Positions 35,705 to 44,802 of a stretch of 64,000 bases of DNA are shown one piece after another. This stretch comes from a virus, in IMG/VR virus record IMGVR_UViG_3300045988_174371, positions 64,001-128,000 of that record; one strand, given 5' to 3'. Both the position numbers and the translations under genes were made by a program. The stretch's first letter is position 1, and the number at the start of each line of letters is the position of its first letter. Under the pieces are notes generated by a model, which saw only the letters and a program-made list of their open reading frames with translations, made no database searches and was not told the DNA's origin.

Positions 35705-36187
35705 TCACCACCAGAGGATGCCGCCATTGCGGGCGCGGCGCGCCTCTTCCCTACGCTTAGCTTCCTCGGCTTCGCGTTCGCGGTCTGCGGGCATGGTCGC
35801 GTCCACCCAGAAGCCGGAGCCATAGTAAGGCTCACCATCGGATGCGTCGTTGCCTTCGAAGCAAATCTTGTTGTTTTTCATGAGGATGAAGATTTTGAAG
35901 CCGGGCTCACCGAACTGCTCATCATACTCCGTCTCCTCATACTTAACGTTCATAATGGCGGCATCTAGGGCACCCTTAGCGGAGGGGAAGTCGATAAATG
36001 AGTTGCCCTTACCACAGTCGCAACCATAGTTAGGGTGAATCTTGACAACATAACCATTATCAAGCTCAATGCTTTCATGGGTAATCTGGGTGATTCGGTG
36101 ACCAACAAGGTTATCCTTAAAGAACTTATAAATTTCGCCAGAATCGAAGTTCTCGCGCTGTACGTAGGGGTACTTCTCGGACGACAT
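35705..36187 (-). CDS. hypothetical protein (160 aa) with charged C-terminal tail
   Basis: ATG at 36187 after AGAAAGAGGG. Confidence 0.7.
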   Translation of the reverse strand: MSSEKYPYVQRENFDSGEIYKFFKDNLVGHRITQITHESIELDNGYVVKIHPNYGCDCGKGNSFIDFPSAKGALDAAIMNVKYEETEYDEQFGEPGFKIFILMKNNKICFEGNDASDGEPYYGSGFWVDATMPADREREAEEAKRREEARRARNGGILWW

Positions 36188-36294
36188 GAGCCCTCTTTCT
36201 TGATTACTGGATGAGTTATACCTATTTACACCTGAGGTTGGGAGGCTCATTTTGCAATGTGCCATCTCTTAGCCAGGAAGTGCTTACATGGGCA

Positions 36295-36324
36295 AGTTTA
36301 CCACATATTCTGATGCACGCACAA
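36295..36324 (-). promoter_or_regulatory. family promoter (-35 TTGTGC, TGg-TAAACT)
   Basis: upstream of CDS 35705-36187. Confidence 0.55.
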
Positions 36325-36403
36325 GGTGGCAAACTGAGGCGTGGGCAGGCGTATAAAAGCACCCTAGTCACAAGATACGTGGCTAGGGTGCTTTTATGTG
36401 TGA

Positions 36404-36814
36404 TTAGAAGCGGAACTCACTACGATTGATAACGGACTTGATGGTTGCCCACACCCAGCCGTCCTCATCAACGGTAAACTCGGGGTCAGCTCCAAAGAAG
36501 CCTTCATCCATGAGGTACTGATGGTTCTCGCGCTGAGTAGCATCAACGTCGTCAATGTATGCTTCGATTTCCTGGCTCAGTTCCAGGGGGTCATTGGGGC
36601 TAATAACATCCTGAGTGTCGCCGTCTTCCATAACGAAGTTGAACATGGGCAGACCGTCATCTTCGTAGTCTTCGAAGTGGGGTTCGATGTAGCGGGTGGT
36701 TTCATGCATCGCCAACCATTCAAGGTCTTTGTAGTCAATACCGCTAACGTGCTTGAAAGACAGGCGGAAGGTCATGGGGTCAATTGCGCGCTTCTCAATA
36801 GGGGCGGTGTTCAT
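36404..36814 (-). CDS. small acidic hypothetical protein (136 aa)
   Basis: ATG at 36814 after CTACCGAAAGGTTGCC leader. Confidence 0.7.
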   Translation of the reverse strand: MNTAPIEKRAIDPMTFRLSFKHVSGIDYKDLEWLAMHETTRYIEPHFEDYEDDGLPMFNFVMEDGDTQDVISPNDPLELSQEIEAYIDDVDATQRENHQYLMDEGFFGADPEFTVDEDGWVWATIKSVINRSEFRF

Positions 36815-36873
36815 GGTGGCAACCTTTCGGTAGTGGCTAGATGATTCGTAGCGGTCTTCCTTGCTACATCTAT

Positions 36874-36903
36874 AGTCTAGCACAGATTTAAAACCGTATG
36901 CAA
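36874..36903 (-). promoter_or_regulatory. family promoter (-35 TTGCAT, TGc-TAGACT)
   Basis: upstream of CDS 36404-36814. Confidence 0.6.
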
Positions 36904-36910
36904 GTCAAAT

Positions 36911-36944
36911 ATAGGTGAGGTGGAACACATTCCACCTCACCTAT
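36911..36944 (-). terminator. hairpin after CDS 36982-37371
   Basis: ATAGGTGAGGTGGAA / TTCCACCTCACCTAT 15-bp inverted repeat abutting the next promoter. Confidence 0.65.
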
Positions 36945-36981
36945 ATTTGTTGGCAACAGTCATCTACACTGTAACCCCTAT

Positions 36982-37371
36982 CTACTTCTTTTCTATTGCC
37001 AGAATGAATCCGTGTCGCCTCGCTACCTTAAACCCGACAACATGTCCACCCTCGCCATTCTTGTCTGACACCGTTACACCCATGAGCTTACTAGGGTATG
37101 TCATGGCGCTTTCCGTAACATATCCCAGCACCTCAGCACCATCACAGATGGGCACCATACCTCGACTAGGCACGCCAAACCAGGCACGCTTAAATACGTG
37201 AGAGAATTTCGCGCAAGCGAATCCTTCTTCCATGCTATCCATTGCTTCCATAATGGCATCTATCCCATACTTCCCATCGCCTGATGGCTTGTATGCAACC
37301 TCCAATAGCTCTGCAACCTCGGCGGGGTAAATCTTCTTAAGGGGAAATGCCAGAGTCTTACCATCGACCAT
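36982..37371 (-). CDS. hypothetical protein (129 aa)
   Basis: GGGAGG RBS. Confidence 0.65.
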   Translation of the reverse strand: MVDGKTLAFPLKKIYPAEVAELLEVAYKPSGDGKYGIDAIMEAMDSMEEGFACAKFSHVFKRAWFGVPSRGMVPICDGAEVLGYVTESAMTYPSKLMGVTVSDKNGEGGHVVGFKVARRHGFILAIEKK

Positions 37372-37400
37372 TACTAAACCTCCCTACCATCTCTAAAAAA

Positions 37401-37583
37401 CTAATTGTACGCAATATACGGGACGCCTGATTCAGTCACCAGGGCATCCAGTACTCTGTAGCGCCTGCTATCACCTTCAATCCACTCACCAATGAGTAGT
37501 CGGGGATTCTTCACAGCCTCTACTGACGCATATGCGACAGGCTTGCCGGCGATAACCAGGTCTCCGATGTTTACTTCAAGCAT
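37401..37583 (-). CDS. small protein (60 aa) with NIGDLVI beta-barrel-like motif
   Basis: ATG at 37583 sits 8 nt after AGGAAGG. Confidence 0.6.
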   Translation of the reverse strand: MLEVNIGDLVIAGKPVAYASVEAVKNPRLLIGEWIEGDSRRYRVLDALVTESGVPYIAYN

Positions 37584-37647
37584 TGTAGGCACCTTCCTGT
37601 GTGCATTTGAGATGATTTGTTTCCGGGGCTTCCCGGCTTATATCTAT

Positions 37648-37677
37648 ACTATACCACAGATTTTAAATGCCATGCAA
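37648..37677 (-). promoter_or_regulatory. family promoter (-35 TTGCAT, TGg-TATAGT)
   Basis: upstream of the 37583-to-36982 operon. Confidence 0.6.
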
Positions 37678-37701
37678 GCCAATTTAAGGTGACGTGCAAC
37701 A

Positions 37702-37749
37702 CATCCACCCCCTCCAGGTCACCAACAACGGCGCTAGAGGGGGTGGATG
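37702..37749 (-). terminator. hairpin after CDS 37828-38211
   Basis: CATCCACCCCCTC / GAGGGGGTGGATG 13-bp inverted repeat. Confidence 0.6.
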
Positions 37750-37827
37750 AACGAAATTTACAAGCAAACCTTTCGGTAGGTCTACACCATGTGGTGCAAG
37801 ACCAGCGGATAGGTAGCGGCAGGTATT

Positions 37828-38211
37828 CTACAGCTTTCCACCCAATGCCAATGCGCCATAGGTAGAACCACCCACGGTAACCGACTCATGCATAACGAAG
37901 GTTGCACCGTCACTACTATCGGCGTGCCAAACGATAGGACGGTGTGCTTTCAGCCGGGCGTTAAGCTTCGCCTCAAACGCCCTGAACACGGCGAACTTGA
38001 AGCCAGGTGAGCCGCTAATGGGTGCTGACATGGTGATGCGGTCTGCTGTAGTATCGCGACCTGCGCAAAGGGTGTAGCTAATGGTGTCACCCTCTAGCTT
38101 TACATCTTTAAGAACTGCTTCCGATTCGTTCCATTCGCGGAGGTTACACTCTCCACTGCGGGAGGTTTCCTTAAAATTGAGCTCAACGTAAGCTTGTCGA
38201 GTATTAGGCAT
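37828..38211 (-). CDS. hypothetical protein (127 aa), paralog family M
   Basis: ATG at 38211 after GAAAGGAAAAG; C-terminal half aligns with 41369-41746. Confidence 0.7.
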   Translation of the reverse strand: MPNTRQAYVELNFKETSRSGECNLREWNESEAVLKDVKLEGDTISYTLCAGRDTTADRITMSAPISGSPGFKFAVFRAFEAKLNARLKAHRPIVWHADSSDGATFVMHESVTVGGSTYGALALGGKL

Positions 38212-38382
38212 TTGCTTTTCCTTTCGCGGGAATATGGGTGTGCTAGGTGAATAATCGTTTAAGTTGGTTTGATAGCGCATAGAGTTTCAGTACCCCCGCA
38301 ATGTTTACCCACTCACTATGTAAGTTCAGCCATGAGAAACCTTGCAGGGGTGTTTAGATAAGCATTTCTAAGTGATGGGCAC

Positions 38383-38505
38383 TTAGATAGACCAGGTGAG
38401 TAGCTTGAGTGCTACGGTCACGCCGGATGCAATGATGCTCCAGGTGAGTACGCCTGCTACCCAGGCGCTACCCATTTCCATATCTGCGGGGTTGGCAGTA
38501 TTCAA
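38383..38505 (-). CDS. possible small single-TM peptide (32-40 aa)
   Basis: TTG at 38505 sits 10 nt after CCGAAAGG, with an in-frame ATG at 38481; hydrophobic core WVAGVLTWSIIASGVTVAL. Confidence 0.35.
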   Translation of the reverse strand: MNTANPADMEMGSAWVAGVLTWSIIASGVTVALKLLTWSI

Positions 38506-38532
38506 TGCACATACTCCTTTCGGATGGTCTAA

Positions 38533-38994
38533 TTAGTTGCTCTTGCAGGCGATTTCGCGGAAGGTGATGGACGCTACCATGTTGCCCACACGGTTTTCAT
38601 CCCATTCAATGTCGTATCGCTCGATGGTGCCGCCCATCATGCCAGCACTTGCCAACAAAGCGTCGAATCCTTCGGCTTCATCAGTGATGATGCCCCTCAA
38701 GAAGGTTGTCACGTCAGCATACTCAATGCGGGCGGTAGCGTCGGGTACCGCAAAGTATTCACTCTCCCAGGTCTGCGCCAAATCGTTGTAGTAGCCAGCG
38801 TCAGGGTCTTCTTCGACGTTAAACTCGCCCATCAATTGAATGGCGGGCTTGTGCTTGGACATCCAGTTAGCCAGTTCTTCCACGGCGTACAGGGGCTTGG
38901 CGTTGTTCCTAGTGATGCCTACCTTGGGGAAGTCAATCATGATGGTGAAGTCGCGGTCGAAAGCGATGTTGAAGCTCTTGGTTTCCTGTGCCAT
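38533..38994 (-). CDS. hypothetical protein (153 aa), paralog family G
   Basis: aligns with 47208-47597 (GEF ... AGMM..I..Y). Confidence 0.75.
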   Translation of the reverse strand: MAQETKSFNIAFDRDFTIMIDFPKVGITRNNAKPLYAVEELANWMSKHKPAIQLMGEFNVEEDPDAGYYNDLAQTWESEYFAVPDATARIEYADVTTFLRGIITDEAEGFDALLASAGMMGGTIERYDIEWDENRVGNMVASITFREIACKSN

Positions 38995-39058
38995 GATGGG
39001 TTCTCCTTCTGGTGGATGATTCGGGAGTAGGGGGCATTTTTAACCCCTCAATAAAATC

Positions 39059-39088
39059 ATTGTACCACAGATTTATCTATGCGCACAA
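39059..39088 (-). promoter_or_regulatory. family promoter (-35 TTGTGC, TGg-TACAAT)
   Basis: upstream of CDS 38533-38994. Confidence 0.55.
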
Positions 39089-39095
39089 TATATAG

Positions 39096-39134
39096 AAGCC
39101 CCTAGAAGTTCCTTGTTTGGACTTCTAGGGGCTT
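39096..39134 (-). terminator. hairpin after CDS 39158-40417
   Basis: AAGCCCCTAGAAGT / ACTTCTAGGGGCTT 14-bp inverted repeat. Confidence 0.65.
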
Positions 39135-39157
39135 TATTCGCTGTGAATAACCGGAAG

Positions 39158-40417
39158 CTACATCATAGGTTCCGCATCCTTAGGAAGAGTTAGTTTAGCA
39201 CCCACCACCTCATCGCCAATCTTCAAGGTAGCGATAGCACAAGAATGCTTTGAGTCGGAGGAGTAATGAATGGTGGTATCGTGTGGGAGGTCTAGAATGT
39301 ACTGCCTTCCAGAGGGTGCTAGTAACACTACCTGCCGCGCACCCTTCGACTCTAAAACCCATCCGCCGTACCTGCCGCCATTCTTGAACTTTACCAGCGG
39401 AAACACCCAGCCGCCAGCTAAAGAAATAACAGATTTTTCGGAGTCTGTCAGCATCGGAACCATCTCCCGGCAATAGTCACGCCACGGATTTAAGTATCCG
39501 ACTCGACCTTCGTATCCAATGTATCCACCAAAGGTAAACCCGAAAGAGGTTGCGATAACGGTAAGTGCAAATAAAACACCTATCCAAGCCCATTCAGTCG
39601 TGCTTCGCTGAGATGCAGTAATCCAGCTAGTGAGGAGCCAGGTAGCTAGAGTATATCCAGCAATAGTGGTTAGTAGTATGCCTAAGTAAGGTGCATCCCA
39701 GTCGATTTCAGTCTTCCAAGTATATGTCCGTACCGCCTTAGAATCGAATTTCGGCTCTCTGCCAGTTGTCATGCGGTCAGACGCTTTAGCGTCTGCAAAA
39801 ACAGGTTTCCACCGCTTCGCGTAAGATGCGGGTAGGTGAAGCGTCCACGTAGCGTATCGCGTATCATACTTAATGTCGCTAAGATGAATGTCCATGCGTG
39901 GACTATCGCCCTCCAGTAGGTCATAAGAAACCTTTAGCAGGTCAAGAGGAATGACAGCTACACCAGACTCTAGACCGTCGCCCTTTAGTGACACGACAAG
40001 GTGCCTATCAACCAGCTTAAACCACTCACTAGATGATTCCCTGCGTATCGTGAGAGGGACGGTGAAGCTGTTTACGTAATCATCGCCGCCACGCTTAGGG
40101 ACAGCAACCCCTACGACCCGACGGATGAGACATGTCATCCACCCGCCCACAGCCCAGGAAACACTAAGCCCCGCAATAGCCACCATAAAAGTGTTGATTT
40201 GCGCCTGCCAGAAACCATCTGGGTTACCCGCATAAACGCCGATAACCCAGAGCGCGGTAATTAAGGCGACAGCTGTTCGAATAAGGGGGAGCGAGTAAAG
40301 CTTCGCCTTCCTCTGTGGCTCATGCGTGAGCTGTTCCGTGAACGTGTCTACCGGCAATACCGATACTTGCGGTTGTGTCTCAGCAGGGCTGGCATTTTTA
40401 AGAGATGAAGAAGCCAC
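39158..40417 (-). CDS. membrane protein with duplicated [two TM helices + beta-rich domain] architecture
   Basis: GTG start after GAAAGGA; two TM hairpins, each followed by a ~110-aa soluble segment; reminiscent of bacterial PH-domain (YdbS/YdbT-type) proteins (inference). Confidence 0.7.
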   Translation of the reverse strand: MASSSLKNASPAETQPQVSVLPVDTFTEQLTHEPQRKAKLYSLPLIRTAVALITALWVIGVYAGNPDGFWQAQINTFMVAIAGLSVSWAVGGWMTCLIRRVVGVAVPKRGGDDYVNSFTVPLTIRRESSSEWFKLVDRHLVVSLKGDGLESGVAVIPLDLLKVSYDLLEGDSPRMDIHLSDIKYDTRYATWTLHLPASYAKRWKPVFADAKASDRMTTGREPKFDSKAVRTYTWKTEIDWDAPYLGILLTTIAGYTLATWLLTSWITASQRSTTEWAWIGVLFALTVIATSFGFTFGGYIGYEGRVGYLNPWRDYCREMVPMLTDSEKSVISLAGGWVFPLVKFKNGGRYGGWVLESKGARQVVLLAPSGRQYILDLPHDTTIHYSSDSKHSCAIATLKIGDEVVGAKLTLPKDAEPMM

Positions 40418-40465
40418 TGGCTTGCCATCCTTTCAATCGTTATTCTTGTTCGTCGCTCTTGGCGA

Positions 40466-41332
40466 CTATTCGCTAACCACGGGCACCATCTTATCGACAG
40501 TACCGGCAGGAATGTGGATAATGGTGCGTGCTTTCGTGAACTTCACTGTTTCAGTCCTGTCATCACAGCGGGGGTATAGACCGAAATCTTCGGGAGCATA
40601 CCTGTAGATACATGCTTCCTTACCGGCGGCAATAGCGCCACCCTTCACCTGGTACTCAACAATGCGTTCTACGCGGGCTTCCGTATCGGTAGCTGGCAGG
40701 TCATCCTTGAGTGTGACCTCGTATCGGTCATCGCTCACCTTTTGAACAGAGCGTGTCGCAAGGGCTCCATCTTCCTTGCGTTCTACCCAGGTATAGGTGT
40801 CGCCACTGGTGTTGCTTCGTAAGCTGTTGATGGGGTAGGTGTGGGTATCACCTTCTAGCTTGTGTCCGTTAGCGTCCAGGTGATAGGTGACGGTTTGGTC
40901 GAATGTTGCGTTTGCCGCTTTCTTCGCATTCTCCGTTGTGTTTGAGGATATGGCAAGTCCTACTATTGAGGCTGTTGCGGCTAGGCACGCGATGGCAATC
41001 AGTAGCGTTTTACAATATGCGCCACCAGCGCTATTGCCGGGGTCTACTAGGAAGAATATGCCGCCAAGCACTAACGCGAGAAGCAAAGCAAACCCTGCAA
41101 ACCCAACCAACCCATTCTTGAGCACATACGCGGTGGTTAGGAGCGCTATTGCGCAGGCTACCCAAAAACAATACATGCCCACAAGGGCGTTCATCCAAGC
41201 TTCCTCATCGTCATACTCTTCATCTTTGGTCGCCTTAGCAGATATGCAGATGGGAATAATGCCCGCAAAGATGATGAGGAAAATAAAGCCTGTTACAGCT
41301 ATGGCGGTTAGCCCGGTTTCAGGGTTGGGCAT
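40466..41332 (-). CDS. membrane protein, paralog family A (subfamily 2)
   Basis: motifs LKDDLPATDTEARVERIVEY and IIHIPAGTVDKMV; close to 49139-50017 and 50232-51107. Confidence 0.8.
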   Translation of the reverse strand: MPNPETGLTAIAVTGFIFLIIFAGIIPICISAKATKDEEYDDEEAWMNALVGMYCFWVACAIALLTTAYVLKNGLVGFAGFALLLALVLGGIFFLVDPGNSAGGAYCKTLLIAIACLAATASIVGLAISSNTTENAKKAANATFDQTVTYHLDANGHKLEGDTHTYPINSLRSNTSGDTYTWVERKEDGALATRSVQKVSDDRYEVTLKDDLPATDTEARVERIVEYQVKGGAIAAGKEACIYRYAPEDFGLYPRCDDRTETVKFTKARTIIHIPAGTVDKMVPVVSE

Positions 41333-41368
41333 AGTTACCTCCTTAGTGGTGCGAGTTGAGTGCGCCGC

Positions 41369-41746
41369 TTACGGCAGGTCTTTCATGTCCATAACAATGC
41401 AGGTGATGAGTCCGACAGTGACGTAACCGTTGAAAACATAGTAGGGGTCTGAGCCGGTAATCCAGCAGAGTGGAAGTCCTGACTTCTCGCGGGCTTGGAG
41501 TACCTTAACAAGTGTTTCTAGTAGGGCGCGTTTAAAGGCGCGGGTACCTTGGACGGTGGCGCGCATGATGACTTTGGCGGCGTTCTCACCCTCACCTACC
41601 TTCACGACATATTCTATGATATGTTCTTCGACTTCTGCGCTGACTAGGCGCTGTGGCTCATGGCGCGCATGAAGAGTTTTAACCCCATCATTCGTGGTTT
41701 CGCCATAAAATCTGAGGTTCCTTATCGGAATGTCGCATTTAGGCAT
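41369..41746 (-). CDS. hypothetical protein (125 aa), paralog family M
   Basis: aligns with 37828-38211. Confidence 0.7.
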   Translation of the reverse strand: MPKCDIPIRNLRFYGETTNDGVKTLHARHEPQRLVSAEVEEHIIEYVVKVGEGENAAKVIMRATVQGTRAFKRALLETLVKVLQAREKSGLPLCWITGSDPYYVFNGYVTVGLITCIVMDMKDLP

Positions 41747-41766
41747 GGTTGGCTCCTTTCCTGAAC

Positions 41767-42369
41767 TTATTTCCGCGTGTAGGTGATGAACTGGTATACG
41801 GCTTGGTGCCTACCACCATTACTGTCTAGCAGGTATCCGTGTTCGCTCAGTTCGGGTAGTTGTTGGTTCGTGGCGATTGTCCAGTCGTCTAGGTGTAGGT
41901 TGGGTACTTTGGCGTCACCGGGTATCTCTACTAGGTCGCTTGCGGCGAGTGCGGTTTGCTCTACGACCTGAACACGCCTGTAGTGGGGTAGGTCTTCGCG
42001 GGCGAGGGCTTCAGTGTATAGTGCGCCACCGCCGATAATCCATGCGTCAGCTAGTGAGCCTGCGTTAGTGGCTTCCTGTCCCTTGTGAGCCACCTCTAAA
42101 GCCGCATCCAGGCTAGATACCCAGATACCCCCGTCGCGTACTTCTACAGCACCCACGGAGCGGCTGACAATAATGTTTGCGCGCCTTGGCAGGGGTTTAT
42201 GGGTATCTGGTAGTGATTCCCATGTCCGCCTACCCATAATGACCGGCTTACCGGAAGTTACTTCCTTGAAGTGCTGTAGGTCTTCGGGAATATGCCAGGG
42301 CATTACCCCGTCACGCCCAATAACTCCATCTATGGTTTGCGCCCAGATAGCGCCTAATGTAAGTGCCAT
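41767..42369 (-). CDS. folA: dihydrofolate reductase
   Basis: N-terminus LGAIWAQTIDGVIGRDGVMPWHIPEDLQHFKEVTSGKPVIMGRRTWESLP is a typical DHFR signature; lies in an operon with thyA. Confidence 0.85.
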   Translation of the reverse strand: MALTLGAIWAQTIDGVIGRDGVMPWHIPEDLQHFKEVTSGKPVIMGRRTWESLPDTHKPLPRRANIIVSRSVGAVEVRDGGIWVSSLDAALEVAHKGQEATNAGSLADAWIIGGGALYTEALAREDLPHYRRVQVVEQTALAASDLVEIPGDAKVPNLHLDDWTIATNQQLPELSEHGYLLDSNGGRHQAVYQFITYTRK

Positions 42370-42374
42370 ATGGG

Positions 42375-42914
42375 TTACCCTCGCTGAATGGCTGATTTGA
42401 GCTTGAGCCTCAGGTTGGAGTCAAGTGTAGGTACAGGTGCCCCGCTTGTAATGTAAGCTTTTTCGCAACGGTCAAGGATTTCTGAGGTTACCTCTTCCAG
42501 GTCTTTCAGACTGTAATAGGTGGTAGCGTCGCCCTTGCTCTCGCGTTGTTCCAGGATGCGATACAGTACGGATAGGGCATCAAATGAGCACCACTCTAGA
42601 GTCAGTGAAATGTGGGCTAGGTTAGCACGTCGCGCGCTGTACCTATTATGAGTGCTGAATTTACTCAGGTAATCCACTAACCCAGCAGAGGCTTTCAGCA
42701 TTTCCTCTTCGTCGGCGTGTGCGATTCGGTCGATAGCCTCTAGCAGGTTTCGGTCTTCTACACCGAACTTTTCAGTTACGCCGTAGGGTGTTTCTGTAGC
42801 TTCCTTGTCGAGGTCAATGATTGCCGCCTCAACTTTTTTCTGGAGCTGATGCATACGCTTAATGTAGAAGGCGACGTTTTCAGCGTGCCAGGTAATATCA
42901 CCTACGATTAGCAT
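42375..42914 (-). CDS. hypothetical helical protein (179 aa) between thyA and folA
   Basis: ORF tightly packed between the two folate-cycle genes. Confidence 0.7.
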   Translation of the reverse strand: MLIVGDITWHAENVAFYIKRMHQLQKKVEAAIIDLDKEATETPYGVTEKFGVEDRNLLEAIDRIAHADEEEMLKASAGLVDYLSKFSTHNRYSARRANLAHISLTLEWCSFDALSVLYRILEQRESKGDATTYYSLKDLEEVTSEILDRCEKAYITSGAPVPTLDSNLRLKLKSAIQRG

Positions 42915-42944
42915 TAGTTTTACGTTTCCTTATCTTCTTGAGGG

Positions 42945-43826
42945 TTATATAGCTACCGGGGCGGCGATGCCGGGGTGATGCTTGTAGTCCACTAGTTCGA
43001 AGTCTTCGTACTCGTAATCGAAGATGGAAGCCTTCTTACTCTTGATAACTAGCTTGGGGTATGGGTAGGGTTCGCGTGCAGGGTAGGGGTTGCCGTCCGG
43101 GTCTAGACCGATGCCTAGCTGTTTCTTCACCTGTTCCAGGTGGTTTGAGTAGATGTGGCAGTCGCCGCCCGTCCATACGAAGTCGCCGGGAACCATGCCC
43201 ACCTCTTCGGCAATGAGGTAGGTCAGTAGTGCGTATGAGGCGATATTGAACGGTACGCCGAGGAACATGTCTGCGCTACGCTGGTACAGCTGACAGGACA
43301 GCTCCTTCACTCCATCCGGTCGCTCGTTCACATAGAACTGGAACATGGTGTGGCAGGGCGGTAGCGCCATGTCGTCCACCTCAGCAGGGTTCCATGCCGA
43401 AACGATATGGCGACGTGAGCTAGGGTTATTCTTGAGGGATTCGATAACCCTAGCGATTTGGTCTACCGTACCGCCGTCAGGGTCACGCCATGAACGCCAC
43501 TGCGCGCCATAGACACGACCAAGGTCGCCGTTCTCATCCGCCCACTCATCCCAAATGGTCACGCCACGCTCCTGCAACCACTGAACGTTAGTAAAGCCAC
43601 GAAGGAACCACAACAGTTCAACCGCTACAGACTTGAAATGAACACGCTTCGTAGTGATAAGCGGGAACGACTCACGAAGATTGAACCGCATCTGTCGCCC
43701 AAACACACCGTAGGTTCCGGTTCCGGTACGGTCTTCACGGTTAGCGTTAGCGGCAATGGCGGCGGCATTCTCCACAAGAATTTCCCTGAGCAGGTCTTCA
43801 TACGGGGTCGGAATGATGTCAGTCAT
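42945..43826 (-). CDS. thyA: thymidylate synthase (ThyA type)
   Basis: ATG at 43826 after AAGGGAG; canonical blocks [28 protein letters not shown], catalytic [32 protein letters not shown]. Confidence 0.95.
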   Translation of the reverse strand: MTDIIPTPYEDLLREILVENAAAIAANANREDRTGTGTYGVFGRQMRFNLRESFPLITTKRVHFKSVAVELLWFLRGFTNVQWLQERGVTIWDEWADENGDLGRVYGAQWRSWRDPDGGTVDQIARVIESLKNNPSSRRHIVSAWNPAEVDDMALPPCHTMFQFYVNERPDGVKELSCQLYQRSADMFLGVPFNIASYALLTYLIAEEVGMVPGDFVWTGGDCHIYSNHLEQVKKQLGIGLDPDGNPYPAREPYPYPKLVIKSKKASIFDYEYEDFELVDYKHHPGIAAPVAI

Positions 43827-43959
43827 GAGGGGTACTCCCTTGTTCGGGTGGATAAATTCACCACCCATTATACATGATGCAGAGCGAACATGTGGGACAT
43901 GGGAGTAGGGTTCTGGATGGAGAAATAGCCCTCTACCGCGCGTCGATAGAGGGCTTGGG

Positions 43960-44007
43960 GTGAGCGTGTCCCCGGTGGACTTTATTTACCGCCGGGGACA
44001 CGCTCAC
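43960..44007 (-). terminator. hairpin after CDS 44011-44301
   Basis: GTGAGCGTGTCCCCGG / CCGGGGACACGCTCAC 16-bp inverted repeat. Confidence 0.7.
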
Positions 44008-44010
44008 ATG

Positions 44011-44301
44011 TTAGAAGTTCTGAGCTAGAGCGCGAACGCCTTCCTTGAGGTTTTCGGTAATTGCGTCGAAGTCAAGGTTTTCAATTTCACTCACGTGCTC
44101 CTTGTAGTGGAAGTAGATGTCGAGGTAGCGCTTCCCTTCCTCTCGAAGTGCGCTTGCCTGCGCTTCAATCTTCTCTGCCTCATCCAGCTCACCAAGGCTC
44201 TTTGCAATGCCTTCAAAGGCATCAGTGAGGTGAGCGAAGTCAGTGTACAGAGCGGAAATGATGTAGACCTTTTCGACCTTTTTAATAAATTCTCGCGACA
44301 T
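44011..44301 (-). CDS. small helical hypothetical protein (96 aa)
   Basis: ATG at 44301 after CCGAAAGGGTCAC leader. Confidence 0.7.
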   Translation of the reverse strand: MSREFIKKVEKVYIISALYTDFAHLTDAFEGIAKSLGELDEAEKIEAQASALREEGKRYLDIYFHYKEHVSEIENLDFDAITENLKEGVRALAQNF

Positions 44302-44369
44302 GATTAGTGACCCTTTCGGATGGTTTGCGGTTTCGGTGGCTAGGGCTCCCCCCTTTACCTTACGCCTAT

Positions 44370-44399
44370 AGTCTATCACAGATTTAAAGCCATACGCAA
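44370..44399 (-). promoter_or_regulatory. family promoter (-35 TTGCGT, TGa-TAGACT)
   Basis: upstream of CDS 44011-44301. Confidence 0.6.
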
Positions 44400-44545
44400 G
44401 TTGAATTTGAGTGAGATGCGCTACAAATAATGCAGGTGCCTCAGCCTGCACTCAAACACACAGGAAAGAGTGAGTCCCCCGTGTCGTACATAGTTTCACT
44501 TACGCATCAGGGAGCGAAACTTCTATGTCGATAGATTTTAGGCAC

Positions 44546-44587
44546 GAAAAAGCGAGGTTTCCCTAAGTTACGTTAGAGAAACCTCGC
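44546..44587 (-). terminator. intrinsic terminator
   Basis: GCGAGGTTTC / GAAACCTCGC stem followed by TTTTT on the minus strand. Confidence 0.65.
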
Positions 44588-44797
44588 AAATACCGAAAGG
44601 TGTGAGTTCTCCAAGTTCGGCTCAAGATAGAAGACAATGCAACTACCCTGGCTATTGATTACTCAACAGCAACGCTTCCCCTTGAAGCCTGAAGCTGACC
44701 GCCTCCCTGAGAAATTTTAGTTTCCCAGGAGCCCCGCCATTAAGTCGGGGTAGCACCTGTACAGACGCAGAGGTTTCAGTCTCAGTTTTACTCACAC
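44546..44797 (-). ncRNA. candidate ~250-nt non-coding RNA
   Basis: bounded by a near-consensus promoter (44803-44832) and an intrinsic terminator (hairpin 44552-44587 plus U-tract); no RBS-preceded ORF; several stable hairpins. Confidence 0.45.
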
Positions 44798-44802
44798 AAT
44801 AA

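Noticed and set aside
40887-41426. 179-aa plus-strand ORF; similar antisense ORFs lie at 49103-49478 and 50115-50741
   Set aside because: They are antisense to family-A genes whose reading frames are validated by seven-way paralogy.
42945-43868. Possible intron or nucleotide-hydroxymethylase variant of thyA, and the longer 307-aa start
   Set aside because: The ORF is uninterrupted, with all ThyA blocks and the folate-cycle partner DHFR adjacent. The upstream ATG at 43868 lacks an RBS, whereas the ATG at 43826 follows AAGGGAG.
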